Part shown: positions 41,179 through 50,429 of the stretch, piece after piece | Numbering within the stretch: position 1 is the first letter of the stretch | Layout of the letters: the number at the start of each line of letters is the position of its first letter | DNA from: Edaphobacter sp. | GTDB taxonomy: Bacteria > Acidobacteriota > Terriglobia > Terriglobales > Acidobacteriaceae | Length of the DNA: 64,000 nucleotides | Assembly: GCA_036521575.1 (NCBI GenBank) | Contig: DATDHL010000638.1 | Location: forward strand, 9,908 to 73,907 | Reading direction: 5' to 3' | Position numbers and translations under genes: made by a program | The notes under the pieces: model-generated | What the model saw: only the letters and a program-made list of their open reading frames with translations | What the model was told of the DNA's origin: nothing | The model's database searches: none

Positions 41179-42246
41179 TTAAAACAGACTCAGCTTCCGA
41201 GGCATCTCAATCCCCAAATGCTCATAAGCCAGCCGAGTAGCCACCCGCCCCCGCGGAGTCCGATCCAAAAATCCAATCTGAATCAGAAACGGCTCATACA
41301 CCTCTTCCAGCGCATCCTGCTCCTCCGCCAGCGCCGCAGCCAGCGTGTTCAACCCCACCGGCCCGCCGTCATACTTCTCAATGATCGTCCGCAGCAACCG
41401 CCGATCCAGCTCATCGAACCCATGAGCATCCACTTCCAGCAGCGTCAGCGCCGCCTGCGCCGTAGGCCGGTCGATCACGCCCGCAGCCCGCACCTGCGCA
41501 TAATCCCGCACACGCCTTAGCAACCTGTTCGCAATCCTCGGAGTCCCCCGCGACCGCATCGCAATCTCCGCCGCGCCATCGCGGTCGATCGGCACCCCCA
41601 GCACCTCCGCCGACCGCTCCACCACAAACCGCAGCTCATCGTCGGTATAAAACTCCAGCCGCAGCAAAATCCCAAACCGCGACCGCAGCGGCGAGCTCAG
41701 CAACCCCGGTCGAGTCGTAGCGGCCACAAAAGTAAACGGACGAATCTCCATCACATGCGTCCGCGCCGCCGGTCCCTGCCCAATAATGATGTCGAGCTTA
41801 TAGTCCTCGAGCGCCGTATACAGCTTCTCCTCGAGCACCGGCTGCAACCGATGAATCTCATCCAGAAACAGCACCTGCTTCTCCCGCAGGTTCGTCAGAA
41901 TCGCCGTCAGATCCCCCTGAATCTGCAACGCCGGCCCGCTCGTCTGCTGATACCCCACGCCCAGCTCATTGGCAATAATCGTCGCCAGCGTAGTCTTCCC
42001 CAACCCCGGAGGACCAAACAGCAGCACATGGTCCAGAGCCTCCCCACGCGACTTCGCCGCCTCCAGTGCAATCGCCAGCTGCTCCTTGGCCTTCGTCTGC
42101 CCAATGAACTCCTGCAGCCGCGCAGGCCGCAGCTTCAGCTCAAACGCCGCATCATCATCCACCTTGCCAGCCGAAACCAGCCGCTCCGCCTCAGCGCTCG
42201 CACCGCGGTTCAAATCAATCTTCGTCTTGTTCTTTGGGAAGTCCAC
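41179..42246 (-). CDS. ruvB: Holliday junction branch migration helicase RuvB
   Basis: LRP...[45 protein letters not shown]; start taken at GTG 42246. Confidence 0.97.
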   Translation of the reverse strand: MDFPKNKTKIDLNRGASAEAERLVSAGKVDDDAAFELKLRPARLQEFIGQTKAKEQLAIALEAAKSRGEALDHVLLFGPPGLGKTTLATIIANELGVGYQQTSGPALQIQGDLTAILTNLREKQVLFLDEIHRLQPVLEEKLYTALEDYKLDIIIGQGPAARTHVMEIRPFTFVAATTRPGLLSSPLRSRFGILLRLEFYTDDELRFVVERSAEVLGVPIDRDGAAEIAMRSRGTPRIANRLLRRVRDYAQVRAAGVIDRPTAQAALTLLEVDAHGFDELDRRLLRTIIEKYDGGPVGLNTLAAALAEEQDALEEVYEPFLIQIGFLDRTPRGRVATRLAYEHLGIEMPRKLSLF

Positions 42247-42320
42247 TACGGCGATAGTAAGGCGAAACCATCCGCGAAGCAAAGTGTATTGCGAGTATCC
42301 TGACTCACGAAGAGGGCTCC

Positions 42321-43319
42321 ATGGCCACTCACACAACGCTCTACACCTCAGGGGCCGATCTCTGCGGCCTCGACGGCAAAAAGATTATCCTTCGCGGCAT
42401 TAACTATCCTCTCCTCGACGACTGGAACTTCCCCGGCAAAGACTCTCTCGCCGAAATCGCGAAGACCGGAGCCAACGCCATCCGCATCCAGTGGTACGTA
42501 AACTATGGCAGCCCCAGTCGGCCCAAATACTCCCTCAACGATCTCGACTCTTTCCTGCTCCGCTGCGCCACCGCCGGCATGATTCCCATCCTCATGCTCT
42601 CCGACCTCACCTGCGCATCCGACGCCGGCCTGGTCAATTCAAAGCTCATCCCCTGGTGGACCTCCGCCAGTGTTGTCAAAGTCCTCCAAAAGCACGCGAG
42701 ATATATCATCCTCAACCTAGCCAACGAGGTCGGCTTCTATCGCTGGGCCGATAACCAAAAGACCGCCCTGACCTCCTACATCGCGGCCTATAAAACCGCT
42801 GTCGCCAGCATCCGCCGAGCAGGCCTCACCGTTCCTCTCATGATCGACGCGCCCGACTGTGGAACCTCACTCGATGCCTTCCTCACCGCCGCTCCACAGC
42901 TCATCACCGCCGACCCCAGCCACAATCTTCTCTTCAGCGCTCACGCCTACTGGGCAGCCTACGACGGCCTCTCCTTCATCCCCAAGTGCATCGCAGCCAA
43001 ACTCCCCATTGTCTTCGGCGAAGTAGCCAACAAGCAGGACGAGCAGGTCAACGGGACCACCGCCTACTGCTACTACGATCTCGACGGCACCCACGTCGGC
43101 CCCGGAAAAACCAATGGCTTCACCTACCAGTCGCTGCTGACGCTCCTGCAGAAAGATGGGCTGGGCTGGCTCGTCTGGTCCTGGGGACCGGACAACTGCG
43201 CCGCCCGCCAGCTAAGCACCAACAGCACCTTCGCCTCGCTCTCAACCTTCGGCAAAGACATCGTTCACAACCCCACCTACGGCCTCATCGCAACCTCGCA
43301 CCGCTCCAAACTTGTGTGA
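42321..43319 (+). CDS. Glycoside hydrolase family 5 (beta-mannanase/cellulase-like)
   Basis: [17 protein letters not shown] acid/base, MIDAP, FSAHAY, IVFGE nucleophile, WLVWSW. Confidence 0.85.
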   Translation: MATHTTLYTSGADLCGLDGKKIILRGINYPLLDDWNFPGKDSLAEIAKTGANAIRIQWYVNYGSPSRPKYSLNDLDSFLLRCATAGMIPILMLSDLTCASDAGLVNSKLIPWWTSASVVKVLQKHARYIILNLANEVGFYRWADNQKTALTSYIAAYKTAVASIRRAGLTVPLMIDAPDCGTSLDAFLTAAPQLITADPSHNLLFSAHAYWAAYDGLSFIPKCIAAKLPIVFGEVANKQDEQVNGTTAYCYYDLDGTHVGPGKTNGFTYQSLLTLLQKDGLGWLVWSWGPDNCAARQLSTNSTFASLSTFGKDIVHNPTYGLIATSHRSKLV

Positions 43320-43377
43320 AGCGGCGAATATCTTGGCGAAGCAACACCAGCGATCCTGTCGACCATTTTCGCGCCTA

Positions 43378-44079
43378 TTACTTCGTTGCCAAAATCGCAT
43401 CTTTAGCATTTGAGGCCTTCAGATTGATCCCAAAATCCCACACTGTAGTTGAAAACGTTCCATTCATCTTAGGCACAGGCAATAGAACATATTCACCTTC
43501 GGGCATCGGAGCTTTAGGCTGGATCAGAAACCAACCATCTTTCATCCGTGTAATCTCCGTCTCAACGAAATTATCGCCCCGCTTCGCATGGCCAGTCAGT
43601 TGTGTGTAGGCCAATCGATCTACCACCCTCTTGTTATTCTTGGTCTGTTCGGCTTTGGCGATCACAAAGTCATACATTTCGTCGCTTTTGCCTTGACCGG
43701 CAGCGTCCTGATCCACTTCAACAAGTACGTAGATGGCCGGTTTGTTGGTATGCAGTTGATTGCGTGAATTCAATCCATCGAGTTCAGTGGTTAGCTTAGG
43801 CTTGTAAAAGAAAGATCCCGCAAGCGAGCCGGCTACATTCGAACCCGTGTGCTTGTTCAGACTCACCATAGAGTGGTGAATCGGCACCAGCTCTCGTTGG
43901 CCCTCAAAGACGTCCACAGCCCAGGGCGTCTTCGCATCAGGTATCTTCAAGCCCGGTTCCACATCTAACGATGTCTGTGCAGAAGTGGTTTGAATCCCAA
44001 TCCCAAAGCACAATAAAACAAACCACAATCTAAAGCCGGACAGGGAAATCCTGTCTGCTCCATCCAAATATTTCCGCAT
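43378..44079 (-). CDS. Secreted hypothetical protein
   Basis: Signal-like segment; C-terminal PEGEYVL...VWDFGI. Confidence 0.7.
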   Translation of the reverse strand: MRKYLDGADRISLSGFRLWFVLLCFGIGIQTTSAQTSLDVEPGLKIPDAKTPWAVDVFEGQRELVPIHHSMVSLNKHTGSNVAGSLAGSFFYKPKLTTELDGLNSRNQLHTNKPAIYVLVEVDQDAAGQGKSDEMYDFVIAKAEQTKNNKRVVDRLAYTQLTGHAKRGDNFVETEITRMKDGWFLIQPKAPMPEGEYVLLPVPKMNGTFSTTVWDFGINLKASNAKDAILATK

Positions 44080-44118
44080 GGCGAAAACTGTACCACATCC
44101 AATTTCGCCAGCAACACG

Positions 44119-45477
44119 CTAAGGCCGCAGCCCGAGCAACAACACCCCATGGGGAGCCACGACTCCCCCCACCTTCCCAACCTTCCCCAAATCCTTCTTC
44201 TCCCAAATATCTCGCGCAGCATACTTCTCTGCCGTAAGCCCATACTTCGCAAGCGGAACCTCTACTCGCACCTCTCCATCACCCAAATTAAACAGCGCAA
44301 GATACTCCTGCCCGCGATCCCCCTTCGACACCCACGCGACCAGATTTCCATCCTCACTCACCAACCGCTGCTCACGCCCACGCTGATTCATCGCCATCAC
44401 CTCAGCATTCGTCACCAGCGATTCCAGCCACCCATCCATCTGCGTCAGATTCGCCCCCAGAAACAACGGCGACCGGGCAATCGCCCAAAGCGTCACCATC
44501 GTCCGCTGCTCATCATGTGTCAGCCTCGTGTCGCGTTCTTTGCCATCCCCCGGCACCGGCCCCAGATGCCCCAGCGGCAGCATATCCGCATCCGGCCAGT
44601 TCCCCGCCTTCACATACTTCTGCCAGCTCGCAATCACCGGAAACTGCGCCTTCAAACTCTGCGACCACTCCTTACCCTTCTCCCACTTATCCCAAACATC
44701 ATCCGAGATCCGCCAAAGCTGTGCATTCTCCCCCACCAGCGCCGCATTCTCCAGCGCTGTCGGCCCCGGCGACAAACTCAGCACAATCGGCCGTCCCGTC
44801 TTCACAATCGCCCGATGTATCATCTGAATCTCCGCGCCCTTGAACGGATGCGCAGCAATGCAATCCACCTTCACATAGTCCACGCCCCAGCCCGCATACT
44901 GCTTCATCAGGGCGTCATACCACGCCTGTCCCGCCGCATTGTCCTTCACGCCGTAGTTATCCGGATTCCACGGACACACATCCGCCGTATCCGCAGCCTC
45001 ACTCGCGCGAAATGCACTTCCCGCAATCGCCGTATCCGCCGCAACCGTCTTCTTCGGAATCCCCCGAATGATGTGAATCCCAAACTTCAACCCCTGCGCA
45101 TGAACCGCATCGCTCAGCGGCTTGAATCCAGCATCATTCGCCGCCGAAGGAAACCGATTCAAAGACGGCGAGTACTGCCCCTGAGCATTCGCCGTATACA
45201 CCAGCGTCTCCGGCTTACCCGCGCTCTCCGGATTCTGCAGATACCACCCTTCATCCACCACCACATACCGCCACCCAAACGCCTTCAGCTTCGCCGCCAC
45301 CACATCGGCATTCGCGCGAAACTGCGCCTCCGTCACGGTCAACCCATACGAATCCCAGCTATTCCAGCCCATCGGCGGCGCAGGCGCGAGCATCTTCTCT
45401 TGCGCGCCAACCGCCGAAACCAAAACCACCGCAACTAAAGCCGCACAGATCCGCCTCATCCACATGCGCACCACCAT
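44119..45477 (-). CDS. Glycoside hydrolase family 27 (alpha-galactosidase/beta-L-arabinopyranosidase-like)
   Basis: PPMGWNSW, VVVDEGW, WGVDYVKVD, WRISDD, WPDADML. Confidence 0.92.
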   Translation of the reverse strand: MVVRMWMRRICAALVAVVLVSAVGAQEKMLAPAPPMGWNSWDSYGLTVTEAQFRANADVVAAKLKAFGWRYVVVDEGWYLQNPESAGKPETLVYTANAQGQYSPSLNRFPSAANDAGFKPLSDAVHAQGLKFGIHIIRGIPKKTVAADTAIAGSAFRASEAADTADVCPWNPDNYGVKDNAAGQAWYDALMKQYAGWGVDYVKVDCIAAHPFKGAEIQMIHRAIVKTGRPIVLSLSPGPTALENAALVGENAQLWRISDDVWDKWEKGKEWSQSLKAQFPVIASWQKYVKAGNWPDADMLPLGHLGPVPGDGKERDTRLTHDEQRTMVTLWAIARSPLFLGANLTQMDGWLESLVTNAEVMAMNQRGREQRLVSEDGNLVAWVSKGDRGQEYLALFNLGDGEVRVEVPLAKYGLTAEKYAARDIWEKKDLGKVGKVGGVVAPHGVLLLGLRP

Positions 45478-45487
45478 ATCAAAAGCC

Positions 45488-45985
45488 TCAAAGCTCCCGC
45501 TGCATCAGCCGCACATCATGCCACGAATCAAACTTGAACCCCACCTCACGCAGCACCCCCACATGCACAAACCCCTGCGACGCATGCATCGCCACCGACG
45601 CCGGATTCTCCCCTCCGATCACCGCAACCATCTGATGACACCCCGCTGCCTTGCACCGAGCAATCAACTCCCCCAGCAACTTTCGTCCCAGCCCACGCCC
45701 GGCAAACTTCCCGTCCAGGTAAACCGAGTCCTCCACCGTAAACCGATACCCCGCCCGAGGCCGAAACGCAGTCGCATACGCATACCCGGCGACCACCCCG
45801 CCCGAGGCCTCCGCAATCAGATAAGGCAGCCCAGCATCCCGCACTGCCCCCATCCTGCGCTCGATCTCAGCCGCATCCGGAGCCTCCAGTTCCAGCGTAG
45901 CCGTACTGGTCAGCACAAACGGCGCATAGATCGCCGCAATCGCCCGCGCATCTTCTGGACGAGCATCTCGTATCAAAAAGCACAT
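45488..45985 (-). CDS. GNAT N-acetyltransferase (Pat/YncA-like)
   Basis: GYAYA...TVEDSVYL, GRGLG, N-x-AS, EVGFKF. Confidence 0.9.
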   Translation of the reverse strand: MCFLIRDARPEDARAIAAIYAPFVLTSTATLELEAPDAAEIERRMGAVRDAGLPYLIAEASGGVVAGYAYATAFRPRAGYRFTVEDSVYLDGKFAGRGLGRKLLGELIARCKAAGCHQMVAVIGGENPASVAMHASQGFVHVGVLREVGFKFDSWHDVRLMQREL

Positions 45986-46040
45986 CCCCCCACTTTATTG
46001 CATCGAGGTGTCTGAAAAAATCTCAGCCAACCAAAGCACC

Positions 46041-46868
46041 CTAATGCATTCGTTGATGCTCTCTCCGCTCCGGCGACCCCTTCTCCAGAACCGTCCGCAG
46101 CATAGCCGCCGTAACACCTCGAACTCTCTCTGTGCGTGAAACCACCAATGGATGCTGCAGCGTCACAATGACCGCAGTCGCCGGTTGGTCGCTGCAACAC
46201 ACATAGCTATGGACCGTGTTCGCATCGAAGTACACCGCATCCCCCGCCTCCAGTTCATGCGTGTCGCCGCCATGTTGAACCTCCAGAGCTCCCGTCAGCA
46301 GATAGAGAAACTCGCAACCGGCATGCTGATGCGCCCTCGGAACCCGTCCACCTCGCACCGGCAGAAATTCCGCAAAGTACGGATCCAGCTGCCGGTCTGG
46401 TACCAGGTATCCCAGGCTCTCGAAAAAGTACGAAGGATCATCCACCCCCGTCTGCGGCAGCCGCACCCGATCCTTGCGCCGATGCACTCGAAACAGCGTC
46501 GTCGGCTCCGACTCAAAGAAGTAGCTCAGGTCCTTCGAGAAGACCATAGCGATCCGCGCCAGATTGCGTATCGTCGGCACCACGCGCCCGGTTTCCAGTT
46601 GCGACAGAAAGCTGGCCGACAACCCCGTATGCCGCCCCAGTTCCACCAATCCCATCGACTTCTTCAGCCGCAGATCCTTGATCCGCTTCCCAATGCGTTT
46701 CTCCGAGATAAAATCCTCGACCACGCCGCCATCGACCTGAAGATCCCTGACATTTAACTTCGAATATTCCACTTTCGCAGTCGCCGACTCCGCTGTAAGC
46801 GAAACCATTCCAATATCTGTAACATCGGCGCTATGCGGGGCCCTGTGCGCAAAACCATTCTTAGTCAT
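46041..46868 (-). CDS. XRE-family HTH regulator with cupin domain
   Basis: TGLSASFLSQLETG; HQHAGCEFLYLLTG...GDAVYFDA. Confidence 0.9.
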   Translation of the reverse strand: MTKNGFAHRAPHSADVTDIGMVSLTAESATAKVEYSKLNVRDLQVDGGVVEDFISEKRIGKRIKDLRLKKSMGLVELGRHTGLSASFLSQLETGRVVPTIRNLARIAMVFSKDLSYFFESEPTTLFRVHRRKDRVRLPQTGVDDPSYFFESLGYLVPDRQLDPYFAEFLPVRGGRVPRAHQHAGCEFLYLLTGALEVQHGGDTHELEAGDAVYFDANTVHSYVCCSDQPATAVIVTLQHPLVVSRTERVRGVTAAMLRTVLEKGSPERREHQRMH

Positions 46869-47041
46869 AAAGCCCCTACTGTGTTTGGTCTATAAAAAGA
46901 TGGTGTGATGCAATCAAACGATGCCTGACCATCCATCTTTTTCTCTCCTTTCTTATCGACGCGATTGGTTGATCTACGGTTGGATCGCGTGAATCTTATG
47001 GATCGCAAAGCCATACTGCTGAAAATGCTAGGCTGTGACAA

Positions 47042-48184
47042 GTGACGTTCCCAGCCAAACCTCATCGCCAGCGAACTGGCCCACTCCTCATCGCAACCGC
47101 TGCACCGCTGCTTTTGTCTTTTGCTATCGGGTGCGCCAGTCCCGGTCCCCCGCGCCCGCCATCCCTGCACCTGCCCGAGATCGTCACAGACCTCACTGCC
47201 CAGCGCATCGGTGATCACGTCCAGCTTCGTTGGACCACTCCCTCGAACACCACCGACGGCATCAGCATCCCAGGCGCGCTCACAGCACAGCTCTGCCGCC
47301 AGGAGAATCCAGCCGCCACATCATCCACCTGCACACCGCTACCGCGCCTCGCCGTGCGACCAGGCCCCTCGCAGACCATCGACTCCCTTCCAACCACCCT
47401 CATCACCGATCCCATCACCCTCCTCGCCTACCGCATCGAGATCCTCAACACCGCCGGCCACTCCGCAGGCCTCTCGCAGCCCACCTTCGCCGCCGCCGGA
47501 GCGGCTCCCCCGAACATCCAAAGCCTCCGCGCCACCCCCGCCCGCACCGGTGCAACCATCGAGTGGCAGCCCAGCCCGCAAACCTTCCCTATCGAACTCC
47601 ACCGAACTCTCCTCACACCACCCTCGCCACCAGCACCAAAGACCCAGCCCACCGCATCATCTAAGCCTCCCTCCAAGCTCCCGCTCCAGTTCACCGCAAA
47701 AACCGCCGCCGAGGTCCGCCTCCTCGCCACCAAAGACCACCCCGACACTGGCGGCACCCTCGACGCCACCGCCATCAAGGGTCAGGCCTACACCTACACC
47801 GCGCAGCGCGTCCGCGCCGTCACCCTTGACGGTCACACCCTCGAACTCCGCAGCCCCCTCTCCCCACCCGTCACCGTCCAACTTACGGATATCTTCCCCC
47901 CGCAGACCCCCACCGGCCTCGCCGCTATCCCCTCCGCCCACTCCATCGATCTCTCCTGGCAGCCCGGCGCCGACCCCGACCTCACCGGCTACCACGTCTA
48001 CCGCCGCGAACTACCCTCGCAGCAGTTCACACGCCTCACCACCACCCCGGTCGTCGGTCCCGCCTTCAGCGACCAGACCGCCCAACCCGGTGCCACCTAC
48101 GCCTACCGCGTCACCGCCGTCGACGCCACCGGCAACCAATCCCCTCCCAGCACCGAAGTGCAGGAGACCCTGAGAGAGCCCTAA
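47042..48184 (+). CDS. Lipoprotein with fibronectin type III domain(s)
   Basis: AIGCASPGPPRPPSL lipobox; GYHVYR...YAYRVTAVD...GNQS. Confidence 0.85.
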   Translation: MTFPAKPHRQRTGPLLIATAAPLLLSFAIGCASPGPPRPPSLHLPEIVTDLTAQRIGDHVQLRWTTPSNTTDGISIPGALTAQLCRQENPAATSSTCTPLPRLAVRPGPSQTIDSLPTTLITDPITLLAYRIEILNTAGHSAGLSQPTFAAAGAAPPNIQSLRATPARTGATIEWQPSPQTFPIELHRTLLTPPSPPAPKTQPTASSKPPSKLPLQFTAKTAAEVRLLATKDHPDTGGTLDATAIKGQAYTYTAQRVRAVTLDGHTLELRSPLSPPVTVQLTDIFPPQTPTGLAAIPSAHSIDLSWQPGADPDLTGYHVYRRELPSQQFTRLTTTPVVGPAFSDQTAQPGATYAYRVTAVDATGNQSPPSTEVQETLREP

Positions 48185-49015
48185 ATGCGTTACTGCAAAT
48201 TCCTGTCCACCGAACACGGAACCTCCGTCCCCCGTTACGCTTACGTCGAAGCCCGCGAATCCATCCTCTGGGCCGTCTCCCCCATGGAAGCCCCCGAAGA
48301 GGACCTCTTCGCCCGCTCCTTCCCGATCGCCCCACTGAACCCAGCCCCCCTCACCGACCTTCGCCTCCTTGCCCCCGTCACCCCGTCCAAGATCCTCTGC
48401 ATAGGCCGCAACTATCGTGACCACGCCACTGAACTCGGCAACGAAGTCCCCAAAGAGCCGCTCCTCTTCCTCAAGCCCCCATCCGCCCTGCTCGCGCCTA
48501 ACGGAGTCATTCTCATGCCCGCCCTCTCCCAGCGTGTCGACTACGAGGGCGAGCTAGGCATCGTCATAGGCCGCCGCTGCCGCAACCTCGGTCCCGACGA
48601 AGACCCCCGCCCCTACATCCGCGGCTACACCATCGTCAACGACGTCACCGCCCGCGACATCCAGAAATCCGACGGCCAATGGACCCGTGGCAAAGGCTGG
48701 GACACCTTCTGCCCCACCGGCCCCATCGTCTCCAACGAGATCGACCCTTGCGGCTTCAAAGACACTCCAGGGTCCCCTGTCACCGTAACCACCCGCCTCA
48801 ACGGTACCATCAAGCAGCGCGGCACCACCGCGGACCTCATCTTCCCCATAGCCCACCTCCTCCGCTACATCTCCGCCACCATGACCCTCGAGCCCGGCGA
48901 CCTCATCCCCACCGGAACCCCCGCCGGAGTAGGCCCAGTCCAACCCGGCAACCACATCGAAGTAGAAATAGACGGCTTAGGCACCCTCCAAAACACCTTC
49001 GCCCCCGAGGTCTGA
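48185..49015 (+). CDS. Fumarylacetoacetate hydrolase family protein
   Basis: KILCIGRNY, FLKP, DYEGEL, NDVTARD, TGTPAGV. Confidence 0.93.
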   Translation: MRYCKFLSTEHGTSVPRYAYVEARESILWAVSPMEAPEEDLFARSFPIAPLNPAPLTDLRLLAPVTPSKILCIGRNYRDHATELGNEVPKEPLLFLKPPSALLAPNGVILMPALSQRVDYEGELGIVIGRRCRNLGPDEDPRPYIRGYTIVNDVTARDIQKSDGQWTRGKGWDTFCPTGPIVSNEIDPCGFKDTPGSPVTVTTRLNGTIKQRGTTADLIFPIAHLLRYISATMTLEPGDLIPTGTPAGVGPVQPGNHIEVEIDGLGTLQNTFAPEV

Positions 49016-49053
49016 CGAGAACAAGAGGTCGGTCGTAGAGGTATGAAAAAACC

Positions 49054-49101
49054 GTCATTCTGAGCCCCGAGCGAAGTCGAAGGGCGAAGAATCCCTGTAT
49101 T
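49054..49101 (+). repeat. REP-like element
   Basis: GTCATTCTGAGC...AGTCGAAGGGCGAAGAATCCCTG, similar to the minus-strand element at 4872-4917. Confidence 0.6.
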
Positions 49102-49210
49102 TCGCTCGAAGCACCAAAGAAGAAGCCTTTAGCCCATAAACCCAACAAAACCATAGTCCAAGTAGTTTTCTTTATCAGCCTTTATCCAGCTGATCACCGT
49201 TACGCCTTAA

Positions 49211-49238
49211 ATCCGCGTTTATCCGCGCAAATCCGCGG
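49211..49238. repeat. Three ATCCGCG units with a 10-bp period
   Basis: ATCCGCGttt ATCCGCGcaa ATCCGCGg. Confidence 0.7.
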
Positions 49239-49314
49239 TCGCCCACGAATTCACCCAAACGCAACCCCCCAGAGCTTGATAAAATCTAACTTAAGACAGA
49301 GAAGGAGCAAGCAA

Positions 49315-50310
49315 ATGGCATCGTTACTAGAACAGCTTCGTGGCATGACCACAGTCGTCTCCGACACCGGCGACATCAACGCGATCGAGCAGTACAAGCC
49401 GCAGGATTCCACCACGAATCCCTCCCTCATCGCCGCCGCCGCCGGCATGCCCCAGTACCAGCCCATCGTCGACGACGTCCTCAAGCAGGCCCGTGAGTCA
49501 GCCGGTCCCAGCGCCTCCGACAAAGACGTCGCCCACCTCGCCTTCAAGACCCTCGCCGTAGCCTTCGGCAAGAAGATCCTCGAGATCGTCCCCGGCCGCG
49601 TCTCTACCGAAGTCGACGCACGTCTCTCCTACGACACCAAGGCCTCCATCGAGACCGCCCGCGACATCATCGCCCAGTACGAAGCCGCCGGCATCTCCCG
49701 CAACCGCGTCCTCATCAAGCTCGCCTCCACATGGGAGGGCATCCAGGCCGCCGAGATCCTCGAGAAGGAAGGCATCCACTGCAACATGACCCTACTCTTC
49801 GGTCTCCACCAGGCCATCGCCTGCGCCGAAGCCAAGGTCACCCTCATCTCCCCCTTCGTCGGTCGCATTCTCGACTGGTACAAGAAGGACACCGGCAAGG
49901 ACTACGTCGGAGCCGAGGACCCCGGTGTCATCTCCGTCACCACCATTTACAACTACTACAAGCACTTCGGCTACAAGACCGTCGTCATGGGCGCCAGCTT
50001 CCGCAACTCCGGTGAGATCATCGAACTGGCGGGCTGCGACCTCCTCACCATCGCGCCCAAGCTCCTCGGCGAACTCGAGTCCACCGAAGGCACCCTCGTC
50101 CGCAAGCTCGACCCAGCCAAAGCCAAGGACCTCAACATCGAAAAGATCCCCATGGATAAGGCCATCTTCGACAAGATGCACGCCGAAGACCGGATGGCGA
50201 ACGACAAGCTGAAGGAAGGCATCGAAGGCTTCTCCAAGGCCCTCGAAGACCTCGAAAAGTCCCTCGAGAAGCGTCTCGCCGAGATCAGTGAACCCGCAGC
50301 AACCCGCTAA
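49315..50310 (+). CDS. tal: Transaldolase
   Basis: [60 protein letters not shown]. Confidence 0.97.
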   Translation: MASLLEQLRGMTTVVSDTGDINAIEQYKPQDSTTNPSLIAAAAGMPQYQPIVDDVLKQARESAGPSASDKDVAHLAFKTLAVAFGKKILEIVPGRVSTEVDARLSYDTKASIETARDIIAQYEAAGISRNRVLIKLASTWEGIQAAEILEKEGIHCNMTLLFGLHQAIACAEAKVTLISPFVGRILDWYKKDTGKDYVGAEDPGVISVTTIYNYYKHFGYKTVVMGASFRNSGEIIELAGCDLLTIAPKLLGELESTEGTLVRKLDPAKAKDLNIEKIPMDKAIFDKMHAEDRMANDKLKEGIEGFSKALEDLEKSLEKRLAEISEPAATR

Positions 50311-50330
50311 TCAACCTCAGCCAGAACCGT

Positions 50331-50357
50331 AGGGCGGCCGTTCAAGGCCGCCCTTTT
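50331..50357 (+). terminator. Intrinsic terminator after tal
   Basis: AGGGCGGCC / GGCCGCCCT followed by TTT. Confidence 0.8.
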
Positions 50358-50429
50358 CATTTCTCCCGAACATCGAAAAGCCGGAAAAGCAGCAGACATC
50401 CCGATCGAAGCGATCGGCTGTCCTTCCTC

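Noticed and set aside
41179-42246. ruvB without adjacent ruvA/ruvC
   Set aside because: Separation of ruv genes by inserted ORFs is common and the rest of the genome is not visible
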